The notes beneath the pieces were generated by a model. That model saw nothing but the letters and a program-made list of their open reading frames with translations, was not told the origin of the DNA and made no database searches. Below, piece by piece: positions 61,258 through 64,000 of a stretch of DNA of 64,000 nucleotides; the stretch's first letter is position 1; each line of letters opens with the position of its first letter. Source of the DNA: Planctomycetota bacterium (GTDB lineage: Bacteria; Planctomycetota; Phycisphaerae; WQYP01). The stretch covers positions 23,045 through 87,044 of the forward strand of contig JAJZJL010000001.1 of the NCBI GenBank assembly GCA_021810145.1, written 5' to 3'. The position numbers were made by a program, and so were the translations under genes.

Positions 61258-62266
61258 CGTATCTAATGATGCGGAGCCAGAAGTGCCCAAAGAACTCCAC
61301 CAACTTGAACGCTACCTGCATGACACGCTTGGTGTGGCCGTGACCACCACGCCATGGCGGGGCGGGGAACGCCTGCCGCATTTCCTCAAGGAACTGTACC
61401 GCTTTGCTGAAATCGATTTGCTGGGAATGCACGGCCTGCTCGCAGTCGATAGCAACCCCTCCGAACAATCCCCCGCCGTCGTGAGGGCGCACATGTATCT
61501 GCTGCGGACGAAGCAGGACGCGGAGGTAATCTATGTTCGCGCCCAGGTAACGGCCTACAACCGCAAGCGGCTGATTGAGCACAAAGTGCCCTTCATCGTG
61601 CCGGGCAATCAGATGTACCTGCCCATGCTGGCGATTGATTTGCGCGAACATTACCGCAGGCTCCGGTCGGAACCGCTGACGTTCAGTCCCGCGACGCAGG
61701 CCGTGGTTATTCACGCGCTGCTCCGGGGAGGCGAGCAAATCCTCATACCGATGGAGACTGCGCAACGGCTGGCATACTCGGCGATGACGATGACCCGCGC
61801 CTTTGACGAGTTGGAGGATGCCGGTCTGGGTGAAGTTGCGACCCGCGGCCGGAAGCGTTGTTTACATTTCCCTGGAAGCAAACAAGACATCTGGACCAGG
61901 GCGCAGCCGTTCCTGCGCAGCCCCGTGAACACGCGATTGTTCATCCGGCACGCCGAAGCCGGTACTGACGGCATCCGCGCCGGACTCACGGCGTTAGCCG
62001 AATACTCCATGCTTGCCCCGCCGGTATACGGTACCTACGCCTTGAGCCGTGAGGATTGGAAATCGCTGCGTCAGCGCCTTAAGCCCATTGAAGTGCCACC
62101 ACAAGATCCGGATGCCCACGAGATCGAGGTGTGGTGCTATCCACCAACCCTCTTCGCCGAGCGTGGCATCGTTGATCCGTTGTCGCTGTACCTTTCACTG
62201 AAAGCTGACACCGACGAACGCACGCAGGCGGCTTTGGAAGAAATGATGAGGAAACTCGGTTGGTAA
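61247..62266 (+). CDS. AbiEi-like transcriptional regulator/antitoxin candidate (two winged-helix-like segments), partner of the downstream nucleotidyltransferase
   Basis: FSPATQAVVIHALLRG...TMTRAFDELEDAGLGEVATRGRKRCLHF looks like a wHTH; stop overlaps the TTG start of the next gene; start codon uncertain. Confidence 0.4.
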   Translation: MLSCVSNDAEPEVPKELHQLERYLHDTLGVAVTTTPWRGGERLPHFLKELYRFAEIDLLGMHGLLAVDSNPSEQSPAVVRAHMYLLRTKQDAEVIYVRAQVTAYNRKRLIEHKVPFIVPGNQMYLPMLAIDLREHYRRLRSEPLTFSPATQAVVIHALLRGGEQILIPMETAQRLAYSAMTMTRAFDELEDAGLGEVATRGRKRCLHFPGSKQDIWTRAQPFLRSPVNTRLFIRHAEAGTDGIRAGLTALAEYSMLAPPVYGTYALSREDWKSLRQRLKPIEVPPQDPDAHEIEVWCYPPTLFAERGIVDPLSLYLSLKADTDERTQAALEEMMRKLGW

Positions 62267-63018
62267 AAGGTCTGGACATCTTCCGCGTACATTTTCAGAA
62301 TTTCGCCGACCGCTACGTGCTGATCGGCGGCACCGCGTGCGACATTGCGATGGCCAGCGTCGGGCTTCCCTTCCGGGCCACCAAAGACCTCGACATCGTG
62401 CTGTGCGCAGAAGCGCTGGACGCTGCGTTTGTCCAGGCGTTTTGGGCATTCGTGCGGGCAGGGAATTACCAGGCCCAGGAGAAATCGACCGGCCAGAAGC
62501 TGTTCTATCGCTTCCACAAACCCACCAGCGAAAATTACCCATTCATGCTGGAGTTGTTTTCGCGACAGCCGGACATGTTGCAAATAGCCGAAGGCAGCCA
62601 TCTGACCCCACTTCCGATGGAACAGGACGTGTCGAGTCTGTCGGCGATCTTGATGGATATCGACTACTACAGTTTCGTCAAAGCTGGGCGGCAGGAAGTC
62701 AACGGACTTTCGGCGGTGGGCGCAATGCACCTTGTGCCCTTGAAGGCGCGGGCCTGGCTGGACCTGACCCGGCGTCAGAGCAACGGCGAACGGATCGACA
62801 GCAAGGCGATCAAGAAGCACAAGAACGATATCTTCCGATTGTTCCAGATTCTCGATCCCGCAATTGCCCCTGCCGCCCCCGATGCCGTCAAGAAAGACCT
62901 TCGCGACTTCATTACGCGTATGCGCGGCGAGGAAGTTGACCTCAAAGCTCTGGGGTTTCGTGGTGGTACGCGCGACAGCGTGCTGGCGGAACTCGCCGCG
63001 ATGTTCCGTCTTGGCTGA
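62260..63018 (+). CDS. AbiEii/AbiGii-family (DUF1814) nucleotidyltransferase toxin candidate
   Basis: YVLIGGTACDIAMASVGLPFRATKDLDIVL has the GGTA...DxD polymerase-beta-like NTase motif in the AbiEii arrangement; TTG start; 252 aa. Confidence 0.6.
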   Translation: MVKGLDIFRVHFQNFADRYVLIGGTACDIAMASVGLPFRATKDLDIVLCAEALDAAFVQAFWAFVRAGNYQAQEKSTGQKLFYRFHKPTSENYPFMLELFSRQPDMLQIAEGSHLTPLPMEQDVSSLSAILMDIDYYSFVKAGRQEVNGLSAVGAMHLVPLKARAWLDLTRRQSNGERIDSKAIKKHKNDIFRLFQILDPAIAPAAPDAVKKDLRDFITRMRGEEVDLKALGFRGGTRDSVLAELAAMFRLG

Positions 63019-63194
63019 GACCCGGATGTTTGAATCGGTGTCAGGCGATGCGAGCCGCACACATTGGCCCGGACGAATTTCAGCGCGGTCACAACAGAGT
63101 CGCAATTCTTACTGATGCCGAGACCCACAAGCTTCCCCCGCGGCTGTCTCAAAACAACGCCCCATAGAGACTGGCTCCTGCACCCCTTAAATGA

Positions 63195-63407
63195 CGCCGG
63201 GGTGGAGGCCGCCACCCTGATCCCGTGACGTTGACGCACAATCCTCCGAAACCTCTGCATATCGGTTTGGCCGCAAAAAAACAATTTTTCTCACTCCGCA
63301 TTGTCAAGCCGGATTCCATGCAGCAGCTTTGTAAAATCCGGTGCGGCAAAGAAACGAATAGGCAATCGCCGGAAGATGCAAATACCGCCAATTGCGGGGA
63401 TTTGCTA
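63195..63407. repeat. copy B of the approximately 220-bp imperfect direct repeat, ending about 30 nt from the 3' end of tRNA-Leu
   Basis: See copy A; alignment done by eye. Confidence 0.8.
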
Positions 63408-63436
63408 TCATATTCACGTAAATACATGTCTCAAGA

Positions 63437-63518
63437 TGCTCGGGACAGGAATCGAACCTGCACTCCTTTCGGAACCGGAACCTAAATCCGGCGCGTCTGC
63501 CAATTCCGCCACCCGAGC
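63437..63518 (-). tRNA. tRNA-Leu (anticodon TAG), class II with long variable arm; CCA not encoded
   Basis: Reverse-complement of 63437-63518 gives GCTCGGGTGGCGGAATTGGCAGACGCGCCGGATTTAGGTTCCGG...GGTTCGATTCCTGTCCCGAGCA: 7-bp acceptor stem GCTCGGG/CCCGAGC, anticodon stem CCGGA/TCCGG with loop TTTAGGT, T-loop GGTTCGATTCC. Confidence 0.8.
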
Positions 63519-63708
63519 GGGCAATGAGCCTATTTTAACACAGTTGATATTTCTTGACACACCTGCAATCACAAATGCCAATTGCGGAAAGCATGCGCCG
63601 GGCGCACGTTCAGCTCATCGACAGGTTGCGACGATTATCGCCGCTTGATTTGACACCACATGCATCGGCATGGTATACCTAACACGTACCTAACTTATGG
63701 AATGTTAT

Positions 63709-64000
63709 ATGAGTCTGTTTTTATGTATGTATCTGCCGGACTGGGATATTCAGGCGATGCGGCTGAAACAGCAACGGGCCAATACATTCAGATCCGGCAT
63801 GGCACATGGACCCTTGTTATTATTTTTGTCGCAGAAGCGACAGGAGGTGGTGGGACGATGTTGCGAAACATGCCGGCGACGCGGAATTTTTCCGGGCATG
63901 GCGGTTGCAGAAGCGCGGGCTTTGTTGCCGCGGGTCATGATGATGCCATTGGATTCTACGGCCAGCCGACGGCTGCTGGAGAAGCTGGCGCGATGGGCGT
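63709..64000 (+). CDS. imuB: ImuB (catalytically inactive Y-family polymerase of the SOS mutasome), 5' partial, continues past the window end
   Basis: MSLFLCMYLPDWDIQAM...PLLLF...RQEVVGRCCETCRRRGIFPGMAVAEARALLPRVMMMPLDSTASRRLLEKLARWA parallels the ImuB N-terminus (LWLALLLPQLPLDV...PLVVA...AARLGLSPGLTLADARARVPELVVVDADPEAD..LLERLADW). Confidence 0.6.
   Translation, partial: MSLFLCMYLPDWDIQAMRLKQQRANTFRSGMAHGPLLLFLSQKRQEVVGRCCETCRRRGIFPGMAVAEARALLPRVMMMPLDSTASRRLLEKLARWA

Noticed and set aside
60675-63427. ORFs 60675-60956, 62775-63284 and 63149-63427 with near-identical peptides
   Set aside because: They are the two copies of the 220-bp direct repeat translated on the minus strand, not paralogous genes. 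62137-63105 is antisense to the AbiEii-like gene.
60725-63518. Integrase/recombinase expected for a tRNA-adjacent island
   Set aside because: No tyrosine or serine recombinase motif (R-H-R-Y, or serine-recombinase S-R) is found in any frame between rhodanese and tRNA-Leu, so the islet is called a remnant/TA cassette, not an active mobile element.
63519-63708. E. coli-type LexA box (CTGT-N8-ACAG) or GAAC-N4-GTTC upstream of imuB
   Set aside because: Not present; only an isolated GTTCAGC half-site-like element, which is insufficient.

Overview
Bacterial chromosomal window of roughly 57-60% GC with dense coding on both strands. Most of it is core housekeeping: clpC (5' partial), rpsT, a tlyA-like methyltransferase, pheT, an isolated nuoC, czcCBA-type RND efflux, pdhAB, queD, mscS, murQ, a complete ectABCD ectoine/hydroxyectoine operon with an adjacent ehuBCDA-like ABC importer, a PfkB kinase, nuoDEFG, eno, mreBC, accD, a histidine kinase with an NtrC-type regulator, def, and a large LplT-Aas fusion. 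Three accessory patches stand out. (1) At 6.9-12.0 kb, a small islet with an unlisted 50-aa ORF translationally coupled to a PARP-like (H-G-C...GIYFWE) ADP-ribosyltransferase, a UDG-superfamily-like protein, an HNH nuclease, and an XRE-HTH/ImmA-IrrE peptidase regulator overlapping a DUF4411 PIN-like gene. (2) At 17.7-24.4 kb, a same-strand six-gene cluster led by a clear imuA (SOS mutasome) homologue with a strong promoter and overlapping palindrome, followed by unrecognisable proteins (one with a degenerate ImmA-like C-terminus), a DUF2721 membrane protein, a signal-peptide-bearing Lon-type S16 protease and a ricin-B lectin protein. Its partner imuB sits about 45 kb away at the window's end. 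(3) At 60.7-63.5 kb, an AbiEi/AbiEii-like type IV toxin-antitoxin islet bracketed by about 220-bp imperfect direct repeats, lying directly 3' of a tRNA-Leu(TAG) gene and lacking any integrase. Further observations include short tandem repeats in a divergent promoter, perfect palindromic operators upstream of ectA and the Lon-like gene, and a split nuo arrangement. All calls rest on reading the translated ORFs and the raw sequence; no database search was possible.
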